Translations under genes and position numbers: made by a program | Part shown: positions 47,976 through 57,038 of the stretch, one piece after another | How the letters are laid out: each line of letters begins with the position of its first letter | Position numbering within the stretch: the stretch's first letter is position 1 | Notes under the pieces: model-generated | Databases searched by the model: none | Seen by the model: the letters and a program-made list of their open reading frames with translations, nothing else | Told to the model about the DNA's origin: nothing | Assembly (NCBI GenBank): GCA_005888295.1 | Contig: VAWP01000098.1 | Coordinates: 2,747 to 66,746 of the forward strand | Source: Actinomycetota bacterium | Lineage (GTDB): Bacteria > Actinomycetota > Acidimicrobiia > Acidimicrobiales > AC-9 | Direction of reading: 5' to 3' | Length of the DNA stretch: 64,000 nt

Positions 47976-50109
47976 GTTGAGGGCAGGAGATGTTCCCGCA
48001 CGGCCGTACCAGTAGGCCGTGGAGGAGTAGTTGCTGGGCGTGGTGTTCAACCCGCCATGCTGGATGCCGAAATTGATCGACGAGGAGAAGGGCACCCCGT
48101 TCGCCAACATCAACCGGTAGGCGTTGAGGTTGATCTGACAGCCTCCGTTGTTTTGTACCGCGGGAGCGCCGTTGAGGGGGTTGGAGAACGGGCCCTGGTT
48201 GAAGTACCAGCCGCCGTTGTAGAAGTCCTCGGTGCCGGTGCCGTTGAACTGGGGAGCTGGCGACCCGTCCCCGTAGGCCTGCTCGTTACCCTCCATGAAG
48301 CACTCGACGGGGGTGCCGGTCACGCGCCATCCCATCGTCTCCGATACCCCGACGAACTTCCCCCAGGCCCCACTCGACAGGAAGGGATAGTCCAGGTTCG
48401 ACGCTGTCGGGTTCTGGCCGTTGGCCGTGGCGTGGAAGTAGCCGTCCTGGCCCGACGAGCTCAGGGCCTGGCTCTCCCCCGAGACCGGGGCGGTGGTGAT
48501 GCGTGCCGTCCCCCCAAGCGTCTGCTGGGAGCCGTTGGAGAGGGCGACCGTGGCCTGCTGGGCGTAGGGCATGGGCCACCAGGCCGACAGCGTGCTGGTC
48601 TGAGGGTTGACCGCCACCATGAGGCCCTTCACCGAGGAGTTGCCCAGGCCCGAGCCGAAGAACTGCCCCAGGGGCGCGTCGACGGTCTGCTGGCCGTCGA
48701 AGGTGATTCGCAACCGCACGTTCTGGAGGATGTCGTCGGTGGCCGAGGTCGTGGGCGCCGCGGCCGACGAGGCCAGAGGGGTGACCTGATAGGAGAAGTT
48801 GCTCGCCGACGAGGGGCCGGTCGAAGCCACTTGGATGGACGACTGCCCCGATGTCGCCGAGCCCGGGAGGGTGACGGCCTGATCGGCCCAGTGGGTCTTC
48901 GAGGCCACCCCAGGGGGCGGCGATGGCAGGCTCGCCACCTTGGCCCCGCGGACGACGAGGTCGGCCCCCTCGGTGCCGGCTCCCGATTGGAGGTGGCGGG
49001 TCACCCGCACGCCGTTGTTGTTGGGGTTGATCGCCAGCCGCCGGGCTGAGTTGGGGGATGGTGAGCTGGAGGGCGTTGATTCGCGCCGGTCCCTGGAAGG
49101 TGCCGAGGGTGTCCGTGTTCCCAGGCGTGGCTGAGATCGTCGGCGTGGCGGTGGTCTGGCCCGACTGAGGGCCCTTGGGATCCGTCGTCCCCGCGGCCTC
49201 GAACTTGGCGACGACGTCTTGGGCAGCGTCTGCACGGTTGAAGGTGGAGACCCCGGTCGCGTCGGCGTAGCTCCGGTAGTCGACGTGGTAGTAGATCGGA
49301 TCGTTGGTGGTGGTGACCTGCATCGATGATTGGAACGACATCGGCACGTCGATGTAGACCCCGCCTGAGCTCTGCGATGCATTGGCCACGAGGGGGTACA
49401 CGAAGGGCGCCCCGAGGACACCGTTGACCACGCTTTGCTCGGGCGCATCGAGCACCGTCTGGCCGTCCAGCACGATCCTGATGTTGCCGGTCTGGGTGAC
49501 GTCACCGCCGTTGCTCGTGGTCCAGATGCCGTCTATCTCGCCCGGCCCGTTGTGCCGGGCCAAGATGGAGGACCCGTCGGGAGCTCGGCCAAGGGTGTGG
49601 CTGAAGTCGCCGTTCTGCCCACTGGGATCGGTGCTGGAGAACTGTTGGGTCTGTACCCCGATAGGAAGGTTCGGCAGCTGGTCCAGGTGGCGGTAGTTGT
49701 CCCACCCGACCGGTCCCTTGCTCGGGTCGGAGGTGCTCTGCGCCGGCACGGCCGCGGCCTGCACCGCGCTTGGGAGCCTCGCGTCACCCGCGCGGGCGCT
49801 CGCCGCTCCCGCCCAGGCGGAGACAGTGAAGGCCGTTAAAGTGGCGGCGACCACCGAGCGGCCGAGGCGCCGACGGCAGCTCAGCCAGCAGCGCCGTGCC
49901 TCGAGGCCTCGCGCCGACTCGGTCACTTCCCCCCCCATGCTTCGCTCTCCCCCTCAGCCCCCGAGTACGGGGTCCGCCCAAACATACCCGCTTCCCGATG
50001 GAAGAGGGCAACGATCTCCGTAGGTCTGACGGCGTTGATGGATCCCCTGGTACCTCAGGTCGCCCAGATCAAGGCGAAGGGCTGCGTGCCAATGCGCCCG
50101 CCCCGAGCG

Positions 50110-51816
50110 TCATTGAGCGCAAGCCGCGGATGCCACGTGCGTGCTGAACGGCCACATGATGTCGCCGTGTTGGAAGTTGGTCTGGCGGCCGTCTGAGATG
50201 CCGAACTCGTCGCTGATCGGATAGCCCAGGCAGCTGGTCTCCCAGCCCATGCTCGCCCACTTGTCGAGGATGTCGCCGTGGACAGACCACTGCCCGGTAT
50301 CAGGAGTCGAGTAGATCGATCCGTGGCCACTGAAGAAGTTGAACCGTCCGACCCCGTCCGGGGTACCGGTCTCGTCGGTCACCGGGTAGCCGAGGAAGCT
50401 GGTCTCCCAGCCCAGGCTGGCCCACTTGTCGCGGATCAGGCCGTGGATCGACCACGGCCCCCTTGTGGGAGTCCAGTAGATGGACCCGTTGTTGGAGAAG
50501 TGGTTGAACCGTCCGACCCCGTCCGGGGTACCGGTCTCGTCGGTCACCGGGTAGCCGAGGAAGCTGGTCTCCCAGCCCAGGCTGGCCCACTTGTCGAGGA
50601 TTGCCCCGTGGATGGACGACGCTCCGGTGTCAGGGGTCCAGTAGATGGCCCCGTGACCGCTGAAGTAGTTGTAGCGGCCGACCGTGTCTGGCGTGGTGCC
50701 CTCGTCGGTCGTCGGATAGCCAAGGACACTGCGCTCCCAGCCCAAGCTGGTCCACTTGGCCCGTATCGACCCGTGAATAGACCACGCCCCCGTGGAGGGG
50801 GTCCAGTAGATGGACCAGTCGTTGGTGAAGTGGTTGAACCGACCGACCCCGTCGGGAGTCGGGGTCTCGTCGGTGGTGGGCCAGCCGAGAACGAACGCTC
50901 CTCCGAGTGAGAGGTACTTGGCGAGTATGGCGCCGCACACCTGGTGGCTACCCGTGACAGGCCCGGTGACAGTCTGACAGACCGGCGCTCCCGCGCCGGC
51001 CAGGGCGCCATCGACGGAGTTCAGGTCGATGTTGAGGGTCACACCGCCGAAGCTCTGGTTGATGCCGCCCTGGTACTGGTGGATCCGCTGGTGATTGGGC
51101 CAGGCCGAGTTCGGAAAGAAGGCGTCGCCGAACACCGACGTCGAACCGTTCCAGGCCGCGAACCAAACGTCGTCGGGGCTGTTGGGGTTGTGGGCAGCAA
51201 GGTCGTGGATCGTGGAGGCCGAGCTCCCGTAGATGCCGGAGACGAGCCCCAGCCGGTGCATCTCGTTCGTCCAGGCGTCCTCGAAGGCGAGGACGGAATT
51301 GGTGCAGCTGGAGTTGGCGTTGTTGTAGGCCTCCATGTCGAAGTAGATGGGGGTGCCGGCACCCAGCCCGAAGTTGGCTGCCCGGTGGGCGGCGTCGTCG
51401 GCCGCTCCCACTCCCTGTGCCGACGCCGCGCCCGGGTCGATGGTGGCCAGTCCGCCCTGGTTGACGCAGGGGGCCTGGAGGCCGACGTACAGCGGAGCGA
51501 GCTTCCACCCCTGGGCCTGCACGGCGTTGGCCCAACCGGCGGACAGGTTGCCGTCTCCGCAGGCCCGGTTGGCGCCCCCGACATAGACCCCGATGGCACG
51601 GTAGGGCGACGACAGCCACGCGTGCATCGTGCCGGTGTCGGGAGCGGCGCAGGTGTCGAACCCCAGTCCCGTGAACACCGCGGCAGCGCGAGCTGGCGGC
51701 GCCGACGCCGATACCGTGACCAGCAGAGCCGCGATCGCCAGCACCGGCAGGAGCAAGACGGGCAGAAAGTAGATCGACCACCGCCGTACCGGCCCGACGC
51801 GACGGCCGCCGGTCAC
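50110..51816 (-). CDS. Secreted DUF1906 (Rv2525c-like glycoside-hydrolase-like) protein with five C-terminal LGFP repeats
   Basis: TM/signal segment IYFLPVLLLPVLAIAALLV; FTGLGFDTCAAPDTGTMHAWLSSPYRAIGVYVGGANRACGDGNLSAGWANAVQAQGWKLAPLYVGLQAPC; then 5 x (...LGYP.TDE..TPDG.GRFN.F...GSIYWTP.TG...). Confidence 0.8.
   Translation of the reverse strand: MTGGRRVGPVRRWSIYFLPVLLLPVLAIAALLVTVSASAPPARAAAVFTGLGFDTCAAPDTGTMHAWLSSPYRAIGVYVGGANRACGDGNLSAGWANAVQAQGWKLAPLYVGLQAPCVNQGGLATIDPGAASAQGVGAADDAAHRAANFGLGAGTPIYFDMEAYNNANSSCTNSVLAFEDAWTNEMHRLGLVSGIYGSSASTIHDLAAHNPNSPDDVWFAAWNGSTSVFGDAFFPNSAWPNHQRIHQYQGGINQSFGGVTLNIDLNSVDGALAGAGAPVCQTVTGPVTGSHQVCGAILAKYLSLGGAFVLGWPTTDETPTPDGVGRFNHFTNDWSIYWTPSTGAWSIHGSIRAKWTSLGWERSVLGYPTTDEGTTPDTVGRYNYFSGHGAIYWTPDTGASSIHGAILDKWASLGWETSFLGYPVTDETGTPDGVGRFNHFSNNGSIYWTPTRGPWSIHGLIRDKWASLGWETSFLGYPVTDETGTPDGVGRFNFFSGHGSIYSTPDTGQWSVHGDILDKWASMGWETSCLGYPISDEFGISDGRQTNFQHGDIMWPFSTHVASAACAQ
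50113..50947 (-). repeat. LGFP repeat array (5 units) of the DUF1906 protein
   Basis: Five ~55-aa units, colinear with and similar to the array at 54280-55107. Confidence 0.8.
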
Positions 51817-52403
51817 GGGTTGGCCTGGAAGGTGGCGAGTATGGACTGGTCGAGCGCCGGGCTCGAGGAGTACGACAGCGTCACGAGGACGGCCGATCGC
51901 TCGAGGGCGACGACGATGCTTCTGGACGTGGCGCTAGACGGGTCGGTCAGCGCCGGCTGCCCTGCCACCGTCGTCTGCGAGGGTGCGAGCACCACCTGGG
52001 CGCGCGACTGACTGTCGAGCGGCTCGACGTGGACCGCATCGGTCTTGCCGAGCGCCGTAGCCGGACAGGAGGGGTGCGGGCCGACGTGGCCGAGGTACAC
52101 CGCGTTCACGTTGAGCGTCAGGCAGCGGCTGGGATCAGCGCGCAGGTCGTACACGGGCCACGTGGCGGGAACGGCAAAGCGCACGGAGCCGTAGGTCACC
52201 GCCTTCCACCCAGGCGGGACCGCGCCCGCAGAAGGCGCCGTCGGGCCCGCCGTCGTGCTCGTCGCCGGTTGCGAGCTGGAAGTGGGCGGGACGGTGGAGG
52301 CACCGCCGGCGGCGACATGGGCGACCGACCCGGTGCCGCACCCGGCCAGACCGAGCGCTATGCAAGCGCTGGCGACCACCGGCAAAGCCCTCGTAATACG
52401 CAT
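51813..52403 (-). CDS. Putative lipoprotein of unknown function
   Basis: AGGAAG upstream of the ATG at 52403; MRITRALPVVASACIALGLAGCGTGS (lipobox LAGC); stop overlaps the start of the DUF1906 gene (GTGA). Confidence 0.6.
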   Translation of the reverse strand: MRITRALPVVASACIALGLAGCGTGSVAHVAAGGASTVPPTSSSQPATSTTAGPTAPSAGAVPPGWKAVTYGSVRFAVPATWPVYDLRADPSRCLTLNVNAVYLGHVGPHPSCPATALGKTDAVHVEPLDSQSRAQVVLAPSQTTVAGQPALTDPSSATSRSIVVALERSAVLVTLSYSSSPALDQSILATFQANP

Positions 52404-52604
52404 GCCTGACTTCCTCTCATTGGCCATTGGCGCCAAAGCGCGCGCCGTGCCAACCCATGGGAATGGCGCTGCCCTACGGCCACCTTTGGGACGCCGCCAC
52501 GTCTTCCTTGATCCGCTACCCAGCAGCCCCCTGGCCGGGCTGGGCAGTAGAGCAGCTATGGAGCAGCCTTGTTACGTGGGCTTCCCCCCCTCCCGATGGA
52601 CCCC

Positions 52605-52632
52605 AACTTACGGATTCATGCCTATCTGTCAA
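52605..52632 (-). promoter_or_regulatory. Candidate sigma70-type promoter for the lipoprotein/DUF1906 operon
   Basis: Minus strand reads TTGACA-16 nt-TAAGTT in a locally AT-richer 366-nt intergenic region; this would give a ~195-nt leader. Confidence 0.3.
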
Positions 52633-52802
52633 CCCTCCACACGCGGCTTCCGGAGAAGTAGACGGCCACTTGACCTTGGACCCCCTGGCCGAGGGACATT
52701 TCGAGTTATTTTCCTCCCCCACATGAGGTACCCCGTTCGGCGCCAATGCCCGGCGTCGCCGCGACCAAGGCACCCCGACAACAGCGACTACGGTGACCGC
52801 CC

Positions 52803-53561
52803 GTGGCAACCGCCAAGCGCCAGCGCAAGCGTGCGTTTCGCCAGGCCCGCCAGGCCCAGGCCCAAGCGGCCCGCCGGCGGGCCCGGTTCCTTCGCCGTGG
52901 CGGCCTGGTGCTCGCCGCGGTCGCCGCGGTCGTCGTGGTCATCTATTTCGTCAACCGAGGTAGCTCGAAGTCCACGGCTGTCTCCACCTCGAAGACGACG
53001 GCGGCTGCCAGCCACACCCAATGTCCGAACCCGAACGGGAGCTCTCCTCGCATGACGTCGTTCTCTGCCCCGCCGCCTATGTGCATATCGACCGGGAAGA
53101 CGTACTCGGCGACCGTCAACACCGACGTCGGTACCTTCACTGTCGCCCTAGACGCCAAATCTGCGCCCAAGACCGTCAACAACTTCGTCTTTCTGGCTCG
53201 GGAGCACTTCTACGACGGCCTGACCTTCCACCGGGTGATCCCCGGCTTCGTCGTCCAAGGGGGAGATCCCCAAGGCAACGGCAGCGGCGGACCCGGATAC
53301 AAGTTCGCCGACGAGCTGCCCAAGGCCGGGGCCTACAAGGTGGGATCCCTGGCCATGGCCAACTCGGGTCCCAACACCAACGGCAGCCAGTTCTTCGTCA
53401 TCACCGGGACTCAGGGGACCCAGCTGCCGCCCAACTACTCCCTGTTCGGCACTGTGAGCTCGGGCATGGACGTGGTGAAGCAGATCGAGGCCGGCGGCAG
53501 CCAGTCGGGAACCCCCACCACCGTCCACAAGATGACGAAGGTGACGATTACTGAGTCGTAG
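52803..53561 (+). CDS. Membrane-anchored cyclophilin-type peptidyl-prolyl cis-trans isomerase
   Basis: N-terminal basic segment plus TM (GGLVLAAVAAVVVVIYF); FTVALDAKSAPKTVNNFVFLAREHFYDGLTFHRVIPGFVVQGGDPQGNGSGGPGY...MANSGPNTNGSQFFV. Confidence 0.9.
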   Translation: MATAKRQRKRAFRQARQAQAQAARRRARFLRRGGLVLAAVAAVVVVIYFVNRGSSKSTAVSTSKTTAAASHTQCPNPNGSSPRMTSFSAPPPMCISTGKTYSATVNTDVGTFTVALDAKSAPKTVNNFVFLAREHFYDGLTFHRVIPGFVVQGGDPQGNGSGGPGYKFADELPKAGAYKVGSLAMANSGPNTNGSQFFVITGTQGTQLPPNYSLFGTVSSGMDVVKQIEAGGSQSGTPTTVHKMTKVTITES

Positions 53562-53595
53562 GAGCCCGTTGTCCAGGCAGCGGGTTCGCAGGCGA

Positions 53596-54259
53596 TCAGC
53601 TGGGGAGAGCCTCGAGACCAGCCTGCTGGTGGTCGACGAAGATCGTCGCGGCGCCAACGCCGGCGACGCGCCAGCGGCCATCGGGGTCGCGCAGGAGGGC
53701 GGTGCGCTCCTCGATGCGGGCGACAGGGACCCCGCCGGGAGCGAGGGCGAGGGTGCGATCGACCTTCTCGTGCGACCAGGTTGCTGCGTGGGGGATCACC
53801 GCCAGCTGCTCGATCAACCCGAGTCCGAGGGTGAAGGCGCCCCCCCTGGGGTCCACCATCGGATCGGTGAGCACCATCGCCCCGGCCGATGAGCCAGCGA
53901 CGGTCGCCCCGTCGTGCCAGGCGTCGAGCAGCGCCACCGCCGAGGTACACGAAGGGACTCGAGCGCACAGCGGCCGCATTGGCCTCCTGCTCGGCGTCCG
54001 CACGACCGAGCACCATGAGGCCCCGTGCCCGCCCGCCGATCGACGAGAACCATCGCTCGGCGGTAGCCACGGCCCGTTCGGGGTGCTCGTACGCTGCAGC
54101 CGTGGGCAAGACGAGGACATCGCCACCGGCCTCGGCCAGCAGCTCGGCATCGAAATCGCAACCCTCCTGCCACTCGGCACCGCCCACGAGTGCGATCCTG
54201 CCCGCCACGGAGCGAACGCTACCTTGCGCCGTGGTCGCTGCAAATCCCCACGAGTGCAA
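53596..54259 (-). pseudogene. Peptidase S51 / cyanophycinase-like (class-I glutamine-amidotransferase-like) protein, frameshift near 53935-53942
   Basis: N-terminal frame ...RIALVGGAEW...VLVLPTAAAYE...SPFVYLGG; C-terminal frame VALLDAWHDGATVAGSSAGAMVLTDPMVDPRGG...; span 664 nt. Confidence 0.55.
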
Positions 54260-54276
54260 CGGTCAGGTCCACCTTG

Positions 54277-55755
54277 CTAACAGCTGGAGGTCACCTGCGC
54301 CGTCGTCGCGTCGAACGAGATCGCCCCTTGCTGGAAGGCGCTCCGCTCACCGCCTGCAGTGCTCGTCGTGTCGCTGATCGGATAGCCCAGACAGCCGCGC
54401 TCCCAGCCCAGGCTCGCCCATTTCGCGCGGATCAATCCGTGCACCTCGCGCGCCCCCGTGGCCGGGGTCCAGTAGATGGAGCCGTCGTTCGCGAAGTGGT
54501 TGAAGCGCCCGATGCCGTCCGGCGTCCCAGTCTCGTCGGTCACCGGGTATCCGAGGACGCTGGTCTCCCAGCCCATGGCGGCCCAGTGGTCCCTGATGGC
54601 GCCGTGGATGGATGACGCCCCGGTTCCGGGGGTCCAGTAGATGGACCCGTCGTTGGCGAAGTGGTTGAAGCGCCCGATTCCGTCGGGCGTCCCGGTCTCG
54701 TCGGTCCTCGGATAGGCGAGGACGCTGGTCTCCCAGCCCATGCTCGCCCACTTGTCGAGAATTGCCCCGTGGATGGACCACGCCCCGGTGTTCGGAGTCC
54801 AGTAGATGGCCCCGTGGCCGCTGAAGTAGTTGTAACGGCCGACCTTGTCTGGCGTGGTGCCCTCGTCGGTCGTCGGGTAGCCGAGGACGCTGGTCTCCCA
54901 GCCCATGGCGGCCCACTTGTCGAGAATTGCCCCGTGGATGGACCACGCCCCGCTGTTCGGAGTCCAGTAGATCGACCAGTTGTTGGAGAAGTGGCTGAAG
55001 CGTCCGATCTGATCGGGAGTGGGAGTCTCGTCGTTGAGGGGCCAGCCGAGCACGAATGCCCCTCCGAGGGACAGGTACTTGTCCCGGATCGCACCGCAGA
55101 CCTGGTGGCCTGCCCATACCGTGCAGCTGGAGTTGTCGCTGGGGCGCGTCGAGTTGATGTAGTCCAGCATCGGCTGGCCTGCGCCGAACCGGCCCGGCGG
55201 ATAGAAGCCGACCTCGAGGTGGGGTCCGGTGGAGAGGCCGACGATGCCGTTGCCCACCTCGGTGATCTGCTGACCATTGGCGACGTGAGCGCCAACTGGC
55301 ACCAGGTCGGGTCCGGCGTGGCCGTAGTAGACGGTCCGGCCCGCCAGCGGACCGTCGTCGATGTGCAGGGCCGGCGCCCAGGGGCCGAAGCCGTTCAGTG
55401 TCTGTCCACCCTCGGCGATGATCGTGCCGTCTCCCATCGCACATTCGGGCGTTCCCCCCGGTGCGGCGTAGTCGACCCCCTGGTCGACGCTGCCGTTGAC
55501 GAGGTACCGGGCTGGCAGGGGCAGACCCCAGCCGTTGCCCGCACCAACGCTCCCGAGACCGCACGGAGATCCGACGGATGCAAGCTTCGCCTTGATCGGT
55601 GCGTGGCTCGCGCCACGCGCCGGTTGTGCCTGCTGCACCGAGGGTTGCATGAGGGCGAGCTCGCCGAGGGTAACGCCCGTGACGCCCCCCGTGATCAGCA
55701 CGATCAGCCCTATTGCCGCGAAGGCGCCACCCCGGGCGCGAGAACATGCTCGCAT
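54277..55755 (-). CDS. Secreted M23 (LytM)-like peptidase domain protein with five C-terminal LGFP repeats
   Basis: GGAG 7 nt upstream of the ATG at 55755; MRACSRARGGAFAAIGLIVLITGG; ...VDQGVDYAAPGGTPECAMGDGTII...YYGHAGP...GQQITEVGNGIVGLSTGPHLEVGFYP; then 5 LGFP units. Confidence 0.8.
   Translation of the reverse strand: MRACSRARGGAFAAIGLIVLITGGVTGVTLGELALMQPSVQQAQPARGASHAPIKAKLASVGSPCGLGSVGAGNGWGLPLPARYLVNGSVDQGVDYAAPGGTPECAMGDGTIIAEGGQTLNGFGPWAPALHIDDGPLAGRTVYYGHAGPDLVPVGAHVANGQQITEVGNGIVGLSTGPHLEVGFYPPGRFGAGQPMLDYINSTRPSDNSSCTVWAGHQVCGAIRDKYLSLGGAFVLGWPLNDETPTPDQIGRFSHFSNNWSIYWTPNSGAWSIHGAILDKWAAMGWETSVLGYPTTDEGTTPDKVGRYNYFSGHGAIYWTPNTGAWSIHGAILDKWASMGWETSVLAYPRTDETGTPDGIGRFNHFANDGSIYWTPGTGASSIHGAIRDHWAAMGWETSVLGYPVTDETGTPDGIGRFNHFANDGSIYWTPATGAREVHGLIRAKWASLGWERGCLGYPISDTTSTAGGERSAFQQGAISFDATTAQVTSSC
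54280..55107 (-). repeat. LGFP repeat array (5 units) of the M23-like protein
   Basis: Unit-by-unit colinear with 50113-50947 (both start HQVCGAI..KYLSLGGAFVLGWP and end ...LGYPISD...). Confidence 0.8.
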
Positions 55756-56167
55756 CCGCCCACTCCGCCCCTTTGCTGTTTGATCCCTGACCGCGCCGAA
55801 CAGACAACCGACAGGGATTTGAAGATACGTTAAAGCAATTGCGAATTTTGGCAACCCCTGCTTGGTCAGAATTTGTCGCGTCACTCACAGGAATTGCAGC
55901 TCTTCCTCGCTGCGATTCATGCGCTAGAGCCGCCCGTGACCAGCACTATTGGCCATCTGAATTACACCATTGATATACGGGCGATCGGACAGCTTCGTAG
56001 ATCAATCGTGAAGCGGCGCCGGCTGGCCTTCGGCCAAACTGGCCATACACCCATGAGCGAATCGTCCGAGCTGGCCCGGCCGGCCTCCAGACGCTCCGCG
56101 GTGGCGGATGAGAGGCGACTGGCCCAGCAGATGGAGGCCGGAGGTTACCCACCAGTAGCATGCCCGT

Positions 56168-57025
56168 ATGTCGACCAAGCGAATTGGAATCGTCGGTTCG
56201 GGGATCATGGGCTCGGGCGTCGCCGAGTGCGCTGCGGTATCGGGTCACGAGGTGGTGCTTCGCTCACGCCAGCAGGCCACGGCGGACAAAGCCGTGGCCA
56301 GCCTGGACAAGTCGCTCTCGAGGGCGGTGTCGAAGGGCCGCATGTCCGAGGCAGACAAGGACGCCGCGCTCGCCCTGGTCACGCCCACCTCGGAGCTGGA
56401 CCGCCTGGCGGACTGCGACCTGGTCCTCGAGTCGGTCGTGGAGGACCTGACCACCAAGAAGCACCTCTTCAGCGAGCTCGACCGGGTCTGCGGCGAGTCG
56501 ACCGTGCTGGCGACCAACACGTCCACCCTGGCCGTCATCGACATGGCCATGGAGACGGGACGCCCCGATCGCGTGTGCGGGATCCACTTCTTCAATCCCG
56601 CCCCCTCGATGGCGCTGGTGGAGCTCGTGCGCCCGCTCACGGCCAGCGACACGACGATGGCGACAGCCCGCACCTTCGCCGAGGAGTGCGGCAAGACCCC
56701 GGTCGAGGTCAAGGACCAGGCCGGGTTCGTCGTGAACGCCCTGCTCTTCCCGTACCTCAACAGCGCCGTCAAGCTCTACGAGCAGGGGGTGGCGACCAAG
56801 GAGGACATCGACGCGGCCATGAAGGGAGGCTGTGGCTTCCCGATGGGTCCCTTTGCGCTGCTCGACCTCGTCGGACTCGACACCAGCCTGGCCATCCTCG
56901 ATGCCCTCTACGCCGAGCACCGCGAGCCGAGCCAGGCCGCGGCACCGCTGCTGCGTCGCATGGTCACCGCCGAGCACCTGGGTCGAAAGTCGGGCCGGGG
57001 CTTCTACGACTACCGCCGCTCCTGA
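56168..57025 (+). CDS. hbd: 3-hydroxybutyryl-CoA dehydrogenase
   Basis: MSTKRIGIVGSGIMGSGVAECAA...ESVVEDLTTKK...NTSTLAV...GIHFFNPAP...GFVVNALLFPYLN...GRKSGRGFYDY. Confidence 0.9.
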   Translation: MSTKRIGIVGSGIMGSGVAECAAVSGHEVVLRSRQQATADKAVASLDKSLSRAVSKGRMSEADKDAALALVTPTSELDRLADCDLVLESVVEDLTTKKHLFSELDRVCGESTVLATNTSTLAVIDMAMETGRPDRVCGIHFFNPAPSMALVELVRPLTASDTTMATARTFAEECGKTPVEVKDQAGFVVNALLFPYLNSAVKLYEQGVATKEDIDAAMKGGCGFPMGPFALLDLVGLDTSLAILDALYAEHREPSQAAAPLLRRMVTAEHLGRKSGRGFYDYRRS

Positions 57026-57038
57026 GCGGCGCGTGAGA

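Larger units (their letters stand above)
46146..49938 (-). pseudogene. Large secreted multidomain protein: signal peptide, DUF2961/GH172-like, 3 x ~100-aa repeat, FN3, 4 x 52-aa lectin-like blades; one frameshift at 49040-49058
   Basis: ORFs 48286-49938 and 46146-49505 join at ...ARINALQLTIPQL / ARRLAINPNNNGVRV. DUF2961-type blocks: IRIVLDGQTVLDAP, RLRITFDGQQTVDAPLGQFFG, GTGTEDFYNGGW, NAYRLMLANGVPF...FGIQHG. Span 3793 nt. Confidence 0.7.

Noticed and set aside
52404-52600. ydaO-type c-di-AMP riboswitch in the leader of the lipoprotein/DUF1906 operon
   Set aside because: G-rich segments loosely resemble ACGGGG-type boxes, but I could not find the conserved AGCUAACC/CCGA.CCCG elements. It is kept only as a candidate leader, not as a riboswitch call.
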